64,000 nt of DNA from Elsinoe ampelina. Taxonomy: Eukaryota. The DNA lies in the NCBI GenBank assembly GCA_010093995.1, contig ML992510.1, positions 1,119,339 to 1,183,338 on the forward strand, written 5' to 3'. This document shows positions 1 to 12,553 of the stretch, in pieces. The translations under genes were made by a program, and so were the position numbers. The notes beneath the pieces are model-generated. The model did no database searches. It saw only the letters and a program-made list of their open reading frames with translations, and was not told where the DNA came from. How positions within the stretch are numbered: position 1 is the first letter of the stretch; every line of letters starts with the position of its first letter.

Positions 1-478
1 ATAACACTATAAGCAATTCTATTATTCTTATACTAGGTCTTGTTCCTAACCTTATAGATTGCCTTAGTGCCTTTACTAGTATCTAGGGCTAGTTCTTTAG
101 GCTTTATAACTACTAGCATCTAGTTAATATTATAAATTATATATCTAAGTATATCCTTTTTAAGGAGGGCTACCTTAAGGGTTAATCTCTAAGCATTATA
201 GTTACTCCCTCTCTTAAGAATCTAAGTCTTAAGCATTTTTACTAATCTAGACATAATAATAGTAATTAGCTAAAGGCCTATTGATTTAATTAATGTAATT
301 AGCTTGTTTAAGCCGTTTAAACTGTTTAATTAAAGGGTTAATGCGGGCTACTATAAGTGTTTATCTTAATGTAGCTAGTCCAGAATTCAGTATAGGCGGC
401 TTAGTAATCCTTTTAATAATGACACGCTTAATTTGCTACAGCTTTAAGTGCTTTTGTAGAAGCGCTAGGCTTATAACC
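1..478 (-). mobile_element. RIP-degraded internal region of a Ty1/copia LTR retrotransposon (continues left of the window)
   Basis: Strongly AT-rich, TpA-rich and CpA/TpG-poor, with no long ORF, unlike the rest of the window. Directly abuts an LTR and a primer-binding site. Confidence 0.8.
462..478 (-). promoter_or_regulatory. Primer-binding site complementary to the tRNA-iMet anticodon arm (copia/Ty5-type), RIP-mutated
   Basis: Minus strand right after the LTR's terminal CA reads GGTTATAAGCCTAGCGC. Reversing two RIP-type changes gives GGTTATGAGCCCAGCGC. Confidence 0.75.
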
Positions 479-620
479 TGTTATAACTAGCAAATCGGAT
501 CGAGAGACGTGTGTTTTATTCAGAGAGTTACAATAACCGATTTATCTACCGTGCGTGCGCTGACTCATCAGTACCAGTTCTTCAGTACCAGAGAAGCTGT
601 ACCAGCCTTCCATTACAACA
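479..620 (-). mobile_element. 5' LTR (142 bp) of the copia-like element
   Basis: TGTTATAA...TTACAACA termini. Differs from 33941-34081 by 8 substitutions and 1 indel (hand alignment). Confidence 0.88.
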
Positions 621-798
621 CGTGCAACCTGGGCGGCTACACGCGACGACAACATCTCTCCTTCCGTGCCACCTGCAAAGATATCTATTCTGGGTCACCA
701 CCACCTTTCCCTATGGAAGCCCTCCGAGGATTGCTTTGGAGGCGAAACGCAATCTCGTACACTTTCCTGGACCTGCTCGGAGTGGCACTAAGACGAAC

Positions 799-1344
799 AT
801 GAATTCCCACTCATGGGAATCGTCCCGCAGCACCACGCCAGACGAAGTAGAGATAGCCGGTCACAAGCATTCTTTCAGAGATTGGGATCCTTCCAAATCA
901 TTATCCGAAGTCGCTGAAGACTACATGAAAACCAGGGATTATACCACACCGGTGCTCACTTTGGCCGACATACATGCCATGAAACGGACCGCCGAAGAGA
1001 AGAAAGTCGAAGAACAGATAGCCGCAAAACGGAAAGTCGCGCAGGATCAGATCTTGGATCAGACCGAATTGACTGCAGCGACCACAAAGGTTCCTCGGGC
1101 GAAACGTGCCAAACAAGCAACCTTGCCAGGCGCCACCAGGTACAATCTGAGACCACGCCGGGCTGAGACCATCGAATCAGGGACCACGGTCAACCACCAA
1201 AAAGCGCCTAAGAGAGCACGGGCTGCTGCCGCAAAAGCGACCAAGACTGGGAAACGTAAGGTACCTAATACGTCTAAAGCTGCGCCCCTTGAACGAAAGG
1301 GTCCCTTGAACAAGAAAGCGACACGCAGGAGCCGCTCAGGGTGA
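799..1344 (+). CDS. Hypothetical Lys/Arg/Ala-rich protein; start uncertain
   Basis: Open frame 511-1344 begins inside the LTR; first in-frame ATG outside it is at 799. No recognisable domain. Confidence 0.35.
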   Translation: MNSHSWESSRSTTPDEVEIAGHKHSFRDWDPSKSLSEVAEDYMKTRDYTTPVLTLADIHAMKRTAEEKKVEEQIAAKRKVAQDQILDQTELTAATTKVPRAKRAKQATLPGATRYNLRPRRAETIESGTTVNHQKAPKRARAAAAKATKTGKRKVPNTSKAAPLERKGPLNKKATRRSRSG

Positions 1345-1724
1345 GAGTGGTTCGTTGTTGGAGTAGCGCATGCTTTGGGGTATTGACAGTATACTTCATA
1401 CATGGTCACAGTCGCTTCTCTGTCAGATCCCTTGGCCGGCGCTTAGGACTTGCGCCCTCCTGCCCCGTCGTTCCAAAACCAAATGCGTCGTAGCTGAAGC
1501 GTCCTGGCATCAGCCCTCTCCCTCATCGACCTAGCTGAGTAGTACCTTGTTCCATTCGCTCGATCTGCGGTTGCATCGATTGGCTCTCAGCGCGGCGTCC
1601 ACCTTGACTGCGGTCGAAACCTCAATACGCTGGCAATTTGAGGCGCTTCTCGTCACAGGACGAATAGAGATAGATATGAAGTGCATACCGATGGCCCAGA
1701 GCTCTGACATACCCTCGAGTCGTC

Positions 1725-3836
1725 ATGGCTACCAAGGCTCAAAAGATTGAACCCATTTGCGAATTCACTGGAATTTCCGATATTACAAGTTGCCTCTTCT
1801 TACTCAGACCACTCAAGGAACCAGCTATCGAAGCCCTGAATGAGCCTGTGAATGCACGTTCTGTAGAGACGGCCACAAAATGCAATCCCGCCGGGCATGG
1901 AACCGTCACTGGTCACGTTGTTCGAGTACAAACCAGGGCCACTGAAAAGTGGGCCTGGACCGTGGGTTCTGGTCCATTGGATGATCTTCAGCTAACAGGA
2001 CTGAGAAGTCGCCATCTAACATTCTCGGCTCTCGGCTTCGCGGACGATGACACAAAGGAGGAGGTGACCACTGTTCTCGAGCTCCTCGACAATGAAGGCG
2101 CAGTTCTGGCGGATAAGCTGGATGCCGATCAACCCGAGACAGGCTTCGAGGTCATAGGCGGACGACGAGGTTTGATACGACCAAGAACAATCTTCTTTGC
2201 AGGCTACGAGTACGAATTCTGCTATCCAAAATTATCGACCGAGGAGCGCAAGGTGCAACGAGAGCTTCTACGTTCGGTGATGAACATTGATCCTGTCAGG
2301 GACATACCCTACCACGACTTGGAGAAGCTGGAGTATATCGACAGTGGGTCATATGGCAAGGTATACAAGCGCATGGACTATACCACTGGCAGAGTCTTTG
2401 CTCTAAAAAAGATATCGCTCGCCAAAATAGCTAAGCAGGGCAAGGGCTATCGTGCTGCAAGGGAGATACAGACCCTGAAAAGCATTCAACACGTTAGTAC
2501 CAAATGGATCGGACCTATCAGTCTGCTAACGTTTATCTAGATCAACGTGATTCGCAGTTTACCCTACCTTGACTCATTCTCGGATGTCGAAACCTCGATC
2601 TTGATGTCATACTTTGAGTTCACCCTCGACTCAGCAATGGGGGCTGGCAAGATCTCGAAGCTGCACATACCGGATATAATGTTCCAGGTATTAGCAGGTC
2701 TGAAGTACATCCATTGGGAGATCATGCAAGTTCATCGAGATCTCAAACCCAACAATGTGCTACTCCGCATCAAAGACAACGGTTCCATCATTGCAAAGAT
2801 AGCCGATCTTGGGCTTGCCACTGCACTCGTGCGTGGAATCGCAGACAGCAGCGGCGGCGGAAACACGTACTACAAAGCTCCAGAAGTCTTCGATCGATCC
2901 GTTCATCGCATTTCCGCCGCCGCCGACATGTTTTCCTATGCTGTCATGTTCTCCAATGTCTGGAACCCCAAGCGCTGGGAGCGGCGGCGAAGGGAAGCCT
3001 CTGATCGTGATCAAATAGACGGTACGTGGGGCTGTACAATTCAGAGCGTGATTGGAGATCAGGATCTGGGGGGCTTACAATGTTGGCTACATCGTTGCCT
3101 GGAATTCGATCCTGCAAGTCGCCCTACTGCTCTGGAGCTTGGTGTCGCCGTTGATGCCTTCGAATCCGAGCGGACTATACCCGACGTCGACAAGATGATC
3201 ATGAACAGATTGGTAGTTGACGTCTCGGAGCTGGAAGATCCCGAGGAATTGGAGAATCTCTTGGTAGAGAAAGTAGTGATGCGGATCTTGGGACGACGCA
3301 AGAAACAGCGCAGACACCAGGAGCAGCGGGATCTGCCAGCCGGTGGACGGAAAAGAGTCTTGCTGAAGAATGAGGCGCACCAAGAAGACCAACGTAGGCG
3401 CAAGAGACGCAAAGTATCTTTCTCAGATATGGATACAGACAGCCGACCCGGACCCATCCACTACAAAAGACGTCGAGACCGGTATCGGGACCCGCCACTA
3501 CAGGACCAGAACAGTGAGCATCCGCATGGGAACTCCAAGGCGACTGCAGCTAAATCGAGCTCTGGACTCCATCGGGACGCATTTGACTTCGAGCTGGAAG
3601 GGACTCGAGCCGCTCCGCCAGTCAACTACAGCGCAGGAATGGATTGGTCACCATATGCATCGGCCCGCGATGCACTCAAGACGTCAATCAGAAGCATTAG
3701 CGAGTTCCTCTCTTCACTTGGAGGCAAAACGTCGCCCAGACCGCGACTCGAAGAAAGACGTTTGGCAAGTGGCAATATGACTCCGCCACATATCAAGACA
3801 GAGCCCCCGGAACTCCAAAGCGACTCCGTCAGGTGA
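1725..3836 (+). CDS. Ser/Thr protein kinase, lineage-specific type; intron 2493-2540
   Basis: IDSGSYGKV, FALKK, HRDLKPNN, IADLG and YKAPE motifs. Splicing the GTTAGT..CTAAC..TAG intron restores SIQH-INVI in frame. Confidence 0.85.
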
Positions 3837-4230
3837 GAGGACGCTGCGTCGGCCCTTGCACCTCATTGGCCGCGCTAGTCAACACCCTGAACTTGAGGCA
3901 CTTCGAAAGACAATGGAACGACCCTGCGATCTCCTTCTTGTACTGATTTTGGATGTCTCTCTTCAATCAGATAGTACTCATCAGCTTGTTTCCCTACTAC
4001 GATGTCTCCACAGTTGAGAAATTCGGTCACTCCCGAAATCAATCAGGAAGTCGCCGCGGCGGGCTTCCGAAAAGGTTCTTACTTTGCCCCCTTGGAATAA
4101 TGCCATGTCGAATTTTCGAAGAAGACTGGTATTATTGGAGGTGGTCGAAGATTGAATCGTGATAGTGGTTATCTAAAAGCTAGTCGTCAATACATAAAAG
4201 TCCTCGTTTTCCATGCGAAATGTTCCATTC

Positions 4231-5427
4231 TCAGCTCCTCAGAGGCAGCACGTGGCTGGCACTGCAGCCCTGCCGACAGAGCGGACACTCCGCCCTCTCA
4301 CCCAACCAATCCCTGATGCAACCCCAGCAGAAGACATGCCCACAAGTTGTGGCCGAAGGATCCTTCATCGGTTCCAAGCAAAGTGTACACTTCCTCTGTT
4401 GACGACCGTCGATCCAGCCCATAGTATCTTGGTCGCCGAGGTGGATCCCAACGCCGTCTGGTCTGTCATCCTCTCCTGGTGTCTCTCCCTTTGTCCGTGG
4501 CTTGGGCGCCGGCTTTGGAGTGTGCGTGTTCTTCCGCACTCTGGCTTCGACTGCGGTCGTATCGGTACCGGAGTCGGCTTCGAACAAAATGGCATTATTG
4601 CTCGCGTAGCTGTTCGGATCCAGACTAAGCTCTACCCCGCCGTCGATGACGGCACTCCCTCCGGCAGCAGATGCTGCATTCGCGACAGCCGGCTGAGAGG
4701 AGTATGTGGTTTGTACATGAGTGTAAGCCTGCACAGCAAGCTGTAACGTGAGAAGCACACCGAGCACTTCGTAGCCAATCCTCTGCTCTGATGGGTCCAG
4801 TCGTCTCGTGAAGATGTACCGCAGGCCCCATATCCGCTTTGCAAGATGGTAGTATGCGCCGGAGAAGTAGAAGATGGCTAATGACAGAGCGTAGACGGGT
4901 GATGGGGAAGTGATGGTGTCAAGATTTGCGAGGATGTAGGATTGTAGTTTCTGTCCCCAGCTCTGGCCCGTGCCGGCCTTCCTGCTCTTCTGTGTTGACA
5001 GTCTCAGGGATATCTCCAGCTTTGTGCGAAGTTTTCGTCGAAAGGCGGGCAGGATGCGATTGAGTCCATAAGGTAGCAGGACTGACGATAGGATGTATCC
5101 GCTTCGCCGGAGTAGGGAAGGTAATCGTAGAGAGTCATCCTCAATCTGGATGATGTCGCAGTACTCTTCACCCAACGTGCGATTGCCAACGAAGGTTGTC
5201 AATCCAAGATAAAGGAGTTCGGTGAACGTGCGAGCTTCAGCGCCGTATGTGTGAGTGAATCGCGCGCCGTACAAGTTCCGCAGGACGGAGGAGAGGCGTT
5301 CGAGGAGGACTCCTTGGAAGTATGCATCCTTCTGATGGGCGCGTATTATGTCTGGTGATGAGGCGAATGGGTACTGGAACGTCTCTTCCGCCTTCGTCGC
5401 AGGCATATCAAGTACATGATCCGACAT
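4231..5427 (-). CDS. PEX10: Peroxin 10, RING ubiquitin ligase
   Basis: PDIIRAHQKD and TLGEEYCD motifs; C-terminal C3HC4 RING (CTLC..CGHVFCWGC..CPLC). Confidence 0.96.
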   Translation of the reverse strand: MSDHVLDMPATKAEETFQYPFASSPDIIRAHQKDAYFQGVLLERLSSVLRNLYGARFTHTYGAEARTFTELLYLGLTTFVGNRTLGEEYCDIIQIEDDSLRLPSLLRRSGYILSSVLLPYGLNRILPAFRRKLRTKLEISLRLSTQKSRKAGTGQSWGQKLQSYILANLDTITSPSPVYALSLAIFYFSGAYYHLAKRIWGLRYIFTRRLDPSEQRIGYEVLGVLLTLQLAVQAYTHVQTTYSSQPAVANAASAAGGSAVIDGGVELSLDPNSYASNNAILFEADSGTDTTAVEARVRKNTHTPKPAPKPRTKGETPGEDDRPDGVGIHLGDQDTMGWIDGRQQRKCTLCLEPMKDPSATTCGHVFCWGCIRDWLGERAECPLCRQGCSASHVLPLRS

Positions 5428-5618
5428 GGTAGAAATAGTGACTGACAAGACGGGGGAAGGGGAGCTTGAATTCGAGATTGGAGGTTGGACGGGAGTCTCT
5501 CGTTGCCGAGGTTCAATTTCGGAGCTTCGAAGCGACTTCACTGTTCGCACTGAGCAATAGTGTCTGTACAATTATTTTCACTGTATCGATCGCTCTAATC
5601 ATGAATCAAAACAGATGA

Positions 5619-6631
5619 CTACAACTTGCTTTCGGTCTGGCCATTCGTTCGCTTGGCTAGATTCCTGGCTGCTGGCAATATCATGCAAACATGGTGGCTG
5701 AGCGCAACCACATCGCCCGTGTCATCCATAACAACGATCTCAAGATCGTAACGACCATTTTTGATCTGCTTGGCCCTGGTCCGTACAAAAAGCAGATCAA
5801 CACCCTCTTCAGGTAATGCTTTCTTGACATCCAGGTTGAGCAGAAGTGTTGGGTACCAGAACTTTGCCGAACCTTTAGCTCGTGCTTCAGCCTCGGTGTC
5901 GATACCTTTCTCTTCAGCCTCAACCGAGTAAGGGTCTGTTTCTGATCGGAAGGCTTCTGGTAGTTGTGGGAACATATCTGCCACCATACCGAGACTAGTG
6001 TTGGTGAACTTCTCACCGTTTTTGAACGCCATCCATTGGTCGGCGAAGCTTTTCTGTGGTTGACCTTTCTTCGGAAAGAAGAAGCGCATGTTCGCAGAAG
6101 CTTTCCTAAAGTCTGAGAAGGGCATCCACTTGCGCTCCTTCCATATACTATCAGTCCCGGAGGTCATGGCAGAGAGATTGGAAGGTGGCGGTGGCGGATC
6201 TAGATGCCATGATGTTTCAAAGGTAGGCCCTTGTTCTTTGGTTATGTTTGTGTGCGTGAAGTAGCCGATGACTTCCTCTCGGCCATCCTGGATGAGCTGG
6301 ATGTGTATGGTAGAAGTGAGCCTGCCTAGTTTGACATCTCGGACCTTGAATGTCGCCGGACCAATTTGTGTTCTCCGGACAAATTCAAGATGAAGTGTGA
6401 TTGTATGCGGCTGATTTTGTTTCGATAATGTTTTGTTGAAGTGTGTAGTCGCCACTTGCATGAAGCAGGAAGTGATGTAACCTCCATGTGGGACTGTCAT
6501 GGTCAGTTGATATATGGAGGAGATGCCTCGGCAGACCCACCTGACCCTATGCACCAATTGTCATGGAAATGTGCTTCATATGTATGAGATGATACCTGCT
6601 TGACAGCGGTACCCTCTGCAAAGCTGACCAT
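5619..6631 (-). CDS. Hotdog-fold thioesterase-like protein, probably peroxisomal; intron 6494-6540
   Basis: Spliced WCIGS-VPHGGY, WYPTLLLNLDVKK and GRYDLE motifs; C-terminal SKL (PTS1). Confidence 0.85.
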
Positions 6632-7142
6632 GTTTTTCAATGTCTAAATGTGCGAAGATGGATGGTATGGACTGTCAAAGGTATCCAAGGTCATTCCCAC
6701 TACCTCGGCTCTCGTTTCCCTGGGCCAGTTCTACGCTAGATCGGTTTCAGCCAAGCGCCAAACTCTGTGAGGCGCCAATCGACGCGGGTCGTGCTTGGAT
6801 GTGGGGAAGCAATTTGGCCGCGATGCGTGCTTGATGATTCGGCGCAAACTCTCCGCCTGGCTGAGCAACACATTTGCGATATCCTCAGTCCCAACAGCCT
6901 TGCTGCACTTATCTTAACATCTCGACACGGAACAATCGCACTCAGCCTTACCGGGACATAGGACAGATATCCTCAACAATTGTCAGGACCTTATTCAACG
7001 GGAAGGCCCCTCGAGACCCTGCCAAAACACAACATCCCCACCATAGCGACCACCATCGAAACGATCACGACAACAAGATCAAGACGGCGCGGCACACTCC
7101 TCACAAATCGCCCACTGGCGAAAGCCGGCCCAGCATTCGGGT

Positions 7143-10100
7143 ATGGGCAATGTTAGCAGCAGGCAAGATGAGGACGCGACACTGTGCCTGAAGGACCAAC
7201 AACGCTGTACGATTCATGAAGAGCAAGGAAGGGTTGCAGTCTGACCTGTCATAGTTCACGTTAGCGGTCTGGTCATTTCCAATGGTCGAGGTCGAACACT
7301 TCTTCGAGTATCGCCAAACGCATATCCCGCCAGCCGGTATGCGGTTCGAAGAGACATTGGCGACGACAGTCCGATTGACTATGTCCAAGTGCGCATTGTT
7401 GTAGATATACCGCGATCGTAGCTGACACGTGCAGGATCCTGAGTCGACACTAAGCGGAGGAGCTCCGACATTCCTACTACGATTGCCAAATGATGAGGAG
7501 CTCACGTTCGCTTTCAGCTGCTCTGTCCGGCAGGCAACAGCAGTGGTATCGCCGGAAGGCCCACACGGTTCTACAAGCACCAGCCCGAGCGCCGACACGA
7601 ACATACAGGGATTGACGTTCGTCTTTGGATCATCCGCGAAAGAGATTGATCAATTGGTCACACGAGAATTCCATGCCGATCCAAACATCCACAAGAACCC
7701 CAATGTCGCGGTGGTGGGGGACTATTCGACCTCTGGATCGCCTACCACACAATTCTCATATACTTGGAAATGGAAGCCACCAAAGGCCAGTGAAGATATG
7801 GGAGGAGGATGGAGGACAACATGTAGCTTTGTCGAGTACGATCAGCGCGCGCACAAGCTGAACACTCTGGCTATCTTCTCCTTTTGGGTACAAAACACTC
7901 TGCGCCACCAGTATAGTCCACAGCAGCGTTCGCCACGACTTGAGACAATTTCTCCGCCACGATTACGAGTACCTTCGGCGCAATCGATCGAATCTAGAAT
8001 GAGCACAGTCAGTGATTCGGACGGAGAGCAGCCCAGTACTATTCCGGCGCCTCAATCGCCAACCGTCGAGCCTATTCCTGAGTATGGCCTTGGACTCATA
8101 CCCACGACAGCGAGCTCCATCGGACAGTCTGAAAAGCTGGACATTGGCAATGTAGGTCGACCTGGAGAGGATTTCAGCAATACTGAGGACGGTCCGCTGT
8201 TCCGCGCTACCATGAAATCACTCGAGTCCAAGACCGGGACTCTACGGACGCGTATGAAGCGTGTGCTCCGGACTGCGGAGACGGCTGAGAGCGCGCAGAA
8301 GGAGTACAACGAGGCAATCTACCAATTCATGGAAGCGCTGCGAGAGGCATCAAACTCGCATGCAAACGCCATCCGGCCGGCCTTGGAACACTACTTTGAA
8401 AAGATCGCAAAGGAGATTCTTGCTTACGAAAAGCAGAATGCTCAGGATCTGCGCAAGCTCATCATTGAGCCTATCAATAAGCTGTACAACGTCGACATCA
8501 AGCAAGCAGAGTCGAAGAGAAGAGATTTTGAGGAGGAGAGCAAAGATTATTATGCCTATGTCGGCAAGTATCTTGGGCAGCGGACCGACTCCTTGAAAGA
8601 GCGTAAAAGGGTCGAGAGTGATTCAAAATATCAATCCAAGAGGAGGACTTTTGAGCTGAAACGATTTGACTATTCTTCATTTATGCACGATCTGCACGGA
8701 GGACGGAAAGATCAGGAGATCCTATCACAGCTTACCAGATATGCCAGCGCGCAAGCACACGGCTATCTAAAGACGGCCAAGAAGGTGGAAGAAATGGTGC
8801 CAACGCTGGAGGCTCTCTGTCAGGAGGTCAGCCATGCTGATAAGGAATTCATGATGCAACGAACGGAGCGGGAAGAGAAACGACGAGCACTCGAGAAGAA
8901 TCCGAGGGCATCAGTCATTGATCCCGAGGGTGCTGCTCAGCTGAGTGCAGCGTTGGGAACGAGCATCGGTGGCAGGCCTGAGGCCATGTACAGCTCTTCA
9001 CCGCCACAAAGCTCGCTGCAGCATACGCAGAGTATGAATGGGTCTGTATTGTCAGCGACTCCGCCTGATATCACAGCTCTACCAGCACGGAAGATTAGCA
9101 ACAAGTTCAAGGGTATTCGAGACCTCGAAGACAATGCTGCAGAGGTTGCTCTACAAAATCCCGGTCAGATAAGGAAAGAAGGCTTATTGTGGTCGCTGAG
9201 CAGGCCTGGCGCACATATTGATCCAAAGGGGCTGAAGACCGCTGGCTGGCATAAGTGAGTATCGCGAATTATAGACTGAGATATCTACTGACAGCCCTAG
9301 GTTCTGGATCGTGCTTGACCAAGGAAAGCTTTCTGAATATGTCAACTGGAAAGACAAATTAGATCTGCACATGGAGCCAATCGATCTCCGGGTGGCCTCA
9401 GTGAGAGAAGCCCGCAACTCGGACAGGCGTTTCTGCTTCGAAGTCATCACGCCACAGTTCACCCGAGTGTATCAAGCACCGTCAGAGGATGACATGCGCA
9501 CCTGGATCGCTGCAATCAACAATGCCCTTCAAAGTGCGTTTGAGGCTAAGAACCAATCGTCATCGAACGTTTCTACCAATTCTGGAAGCTCGACCAGAAA
9601 GGACATCGCTGCTGTACTGACTGGCAAGTCGTCGTCGGTCGGTCACAAAGCTCACGGCATGCATGCGTCCAAGTTGCCACACCGTCATGCCACGACTGGG
9701 GACAGGCCTGGATTTATGAGGTTCGAAAATGATAACGCAACGTCAGAAGTGCTCATTCGCATCCGCGATGCTGATGAGGGCAACAAGTTCTGCGCAGACT
9801 GCGGATCTGACAGCAAGGTCGACTGGGTATCCATCAACCTGGGTATCGTCCTCTGCATCGAATGCTCGGGTATCCACCGGTCATTAGGTACACACATCTC
9901 GAAGATTCGCTCTCTGACTCTGGACACGTCAGTCTTCACACCCGATATTATCGATCTGCTCCTGCTTATCGGCAATCGTGTATCCAACATGATCTGGGAA
10001 GCTCGCCTGGACCGTTTTCTCAAACCCTCCCCACACAGCACTCGCGAACAACGCCTGCACTTTATCACTTCCAAATATAGCGAACGTGCATACGTCGAGC

Positions 10101-10888
10101 CCGACACCGCGCATGCCTCGGACGACATCCTTCTCACCGGCATCAAGCGCAACGAGATTCAAAAAGTCCTTCATGCCCTCGCCCTTCGCGCCAACCCCAA
10201 CGCCCAAGATCGCTCCCGCGGCACCCACGCGGTCTACCTCGCTCTCGCCGCCGCCGACCCCGCCCTACCAGGCTCCAGCCTCCCCAGCTCCTCTCCGAAC
10301 AGACCTAACTTCCCCACAACCCTCTCCCCACAACCGACCCACGCCCAGAACTCCCCCACCACCCCCGACCGACCCACCAGCCGCCCTCAAACTCCCCTCC
10401 GCAAACCCTTCCCCGTCGCAGAACTCCTCCTCCAAAACGGCGCCGACATCCCCACCGCCCCGTCTCCGTTCCCCCTCAGCCCCGCGGCGAGACAGTACCT
10501 CGACTACAAAGCCGAGTTGCGCAACGGCAAGCTCGGTCCCGGACAGATCGCCAGCGTGGGCACCTCCCCCGGCCGCGCAGCAGAGGTCGTGGACATCGTC
10601 CCTGTACCCCCACCGAAGGACGTGAGGGATACTCTCGACCCATCGCTCGGCATCGGCGGACGACCAATGACGTCAGGCGGCAGCATAAGGGCTGTTAGCG
10701 GGCTCGGCGTCACGGGCCTGGGAGGACAGGGGATCATGGGGGGATTGATGCGGGGGAATGATCGGGAAGGGAAGACGGAGGACGAGGGGGAGAGGAAGGA
10801 GAAGCCGACGGGGTTGAGGAAGCCGTGGAGTAATTCTGGGTTTGTGGGGGGCGTCAAGGCGTTGGGGGATGTGGGGAGGAGGTCGTAG
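7143..10888 (+). CDS. BAR-PH-ArfGAP protein (Csx2/Age1/centaurin-beta-like); introns near 7207-7254, 7389-7435 and 9255-9300
   Basis: MGNVSS start (possible myristoylation), DGPLFRA BAR entry, PH domain (RRFCFEV..W), ArfGAP zinc finger CADC..WVSINLG..CIECSGIHR. Confidence 0.9.
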
Positions 10889-11780
10889 GATGACTGTGTT
10901 TTTGAGGGGAGGGGGGTTGGGGGGTGGGATGGGGCGGGGGTTGAGGGTGGGGTGGGGAGGTGGCGGGGGAGGGAGAGGGGCCGGGATTTGAGAGAGAGGG
11001 AGAGGAGGAGGAGGGAAGGGCAAGGGGGATGGTGTAGGATATTGGGGAGTGGGAAGGGGGAGAGGCTGGTGGTGCTCTTGTCGAAGGGCTCGGCTTGGGT
11101 TTGAAGTGGGGTTTGCTTGTGAGATGGATGTATGCGATGGAAAGCCTGCTGGGCGGGTTCCCTTGGATATTAATGAAAGATTCTTCACGGCAATCTTCTG
11201 GGCTTATGTTTGTTTGCGCGGTGGTATGCAATCACGAACGGCAATGTGTTGGGTGTCACTCGCTGATGCCGTTGTGTTGTGTCGCGATCAAGCTGCGCGA
11301 GCCTCGCGGGTCAATCACGAGACGGGCCCCTGATTCGCACCGACAGCAACCGCGAGATACGCGCTCGAAATTGCGAAAGTGACGGACAGTCCTGGAGCGA
11401 GTGCGTTGTACTGCTCATGCTCGATCTTCTCCAGTCGGTGTAGGCTGTGTTTGTGCGATTGACCTTCGCGCGATTCGTCGTCACATTTTGATATCGTAAA
11501 TGCCGCGATTCAAAACATGCTCGTCCGAGCAGATGAGAAATGATCGTTGGGTAGTGTTCAAGAATTTTTTGATTCCGTAAAGCCATGCTGCCTGTATGCC
11601 TGCGCCAATTGGGGGCCTCCCTACTAGCATGGGTGTGCGAGTGTCTCCCTCCCCCATTTCCACTAGCTCTTTTGACCACATAACCGATCTTCCGGTGGAG
11701 TCATGGTCGTCCTTATCGCAGCCGCCATCCACAACCCCGTCGCCAACGCGTTCTCAAATCCTCCATCCGCTTCCCATCGC

Positions 11781-12151
11781 TTATCGCAGCCTCCTGGCCT
11801 CACGCTCGGACTCGAGCAGGCAGAGAATATCATCCTCCTTGACTGCGCATCGTTAGTCTCCCACACATCTCCCAAGTCGTGCGTCTTCCTACCAGGTCCC
11901 TTGACGTTACGGATGATGCTACGAGTGGTGTCGTCCATGAACTGGTATACTGTCAACTTCTTGCTCCCAAATGTCCAGGGAGATGCCATACCTCGACACG
12001 GACTTGTGAGACACCTCCACGCGAGCCTTGATGGGAGTTAGCTGATGTCCTTGGAGGGCTGGAGAAGTTTTCGAGGTGCAGTGGACGTACCGGTGCGGCC
12101 GAGGACACGGGTGACTTTGACGAGCTTGACGGGGACCTTGGCGGAATCCAT
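11781..12151 (-). CDS. RPS28: 40S ribosomal protein S28 (eS28); 4 exons
   Basis: Spliced product [68 protein letters not shown]. Confidence 0.97.
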
Positions 12152-12367
12152 GATGAGTGCGGAGTGGTTGTGAGTGGTGAGTGATTGTTTGGAGTGGGCG
12201 AGAAGTAAATGTCGTCGTCGGTAATCGTTTGCGCTGCAGTGGTATTCGTGAAGTCGACGGGGTCAGATTTTCAGCAGTGTGAAGCGGGATAGGCCGCGAT
12301 TTAGCCGAGCGGAATCTCGTCGTCGGACCCCGCCGCGATCGCAGACAAAAAGTTTCCCCACGTGTTG

Positions 12368-12418
12368 TGAGTCGATAATTTTATGGTCAAGGGTTGGTTA
12401 TTTGAAAGTTGTTGACTC
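12368..12418. promoter_or_regulatory. Two TGACTC-type cross-pathway control (Gcn4/CpcA) sites in the RPS28/HIS1 divergent promoter
   Basis: TGAGTC at 12368 and TGACTC at 12413, 135-185 bp upstream of HIS1. Confidence 0.5.
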
Positions 12419-12553
12419 GAAATCTGGCATTGAATCCGGATCCTCGCTTTGACAGTCGCTACATACTCCACAGTCGCCTTTGGTCGCGAATAGGCTCTTT
12501 CCTGTATCATCAATACCGTCCTATCTCCCGATCTCTCTCTCACATCCACCACA

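Noticed and set aside
509..802. Similar short ORFs at 509 and 33973 as a duplicated gene
   Set aside because: The similarity is confined to the LTR sequence.
10086..11231. Pro-rich and Gly-rich overlapping ORFs here and at 27-28k and 37-38k
   Set aside because: By-products of the C/G skew, which suppresses stop codons.
11280..11510. CGCG-rich stretch between the convergent ArfGAP and RPS28 genes
   Set aside because: No convincing stem or motif; an RPS28 3' UTR element cannot be supported from the sequence alone.
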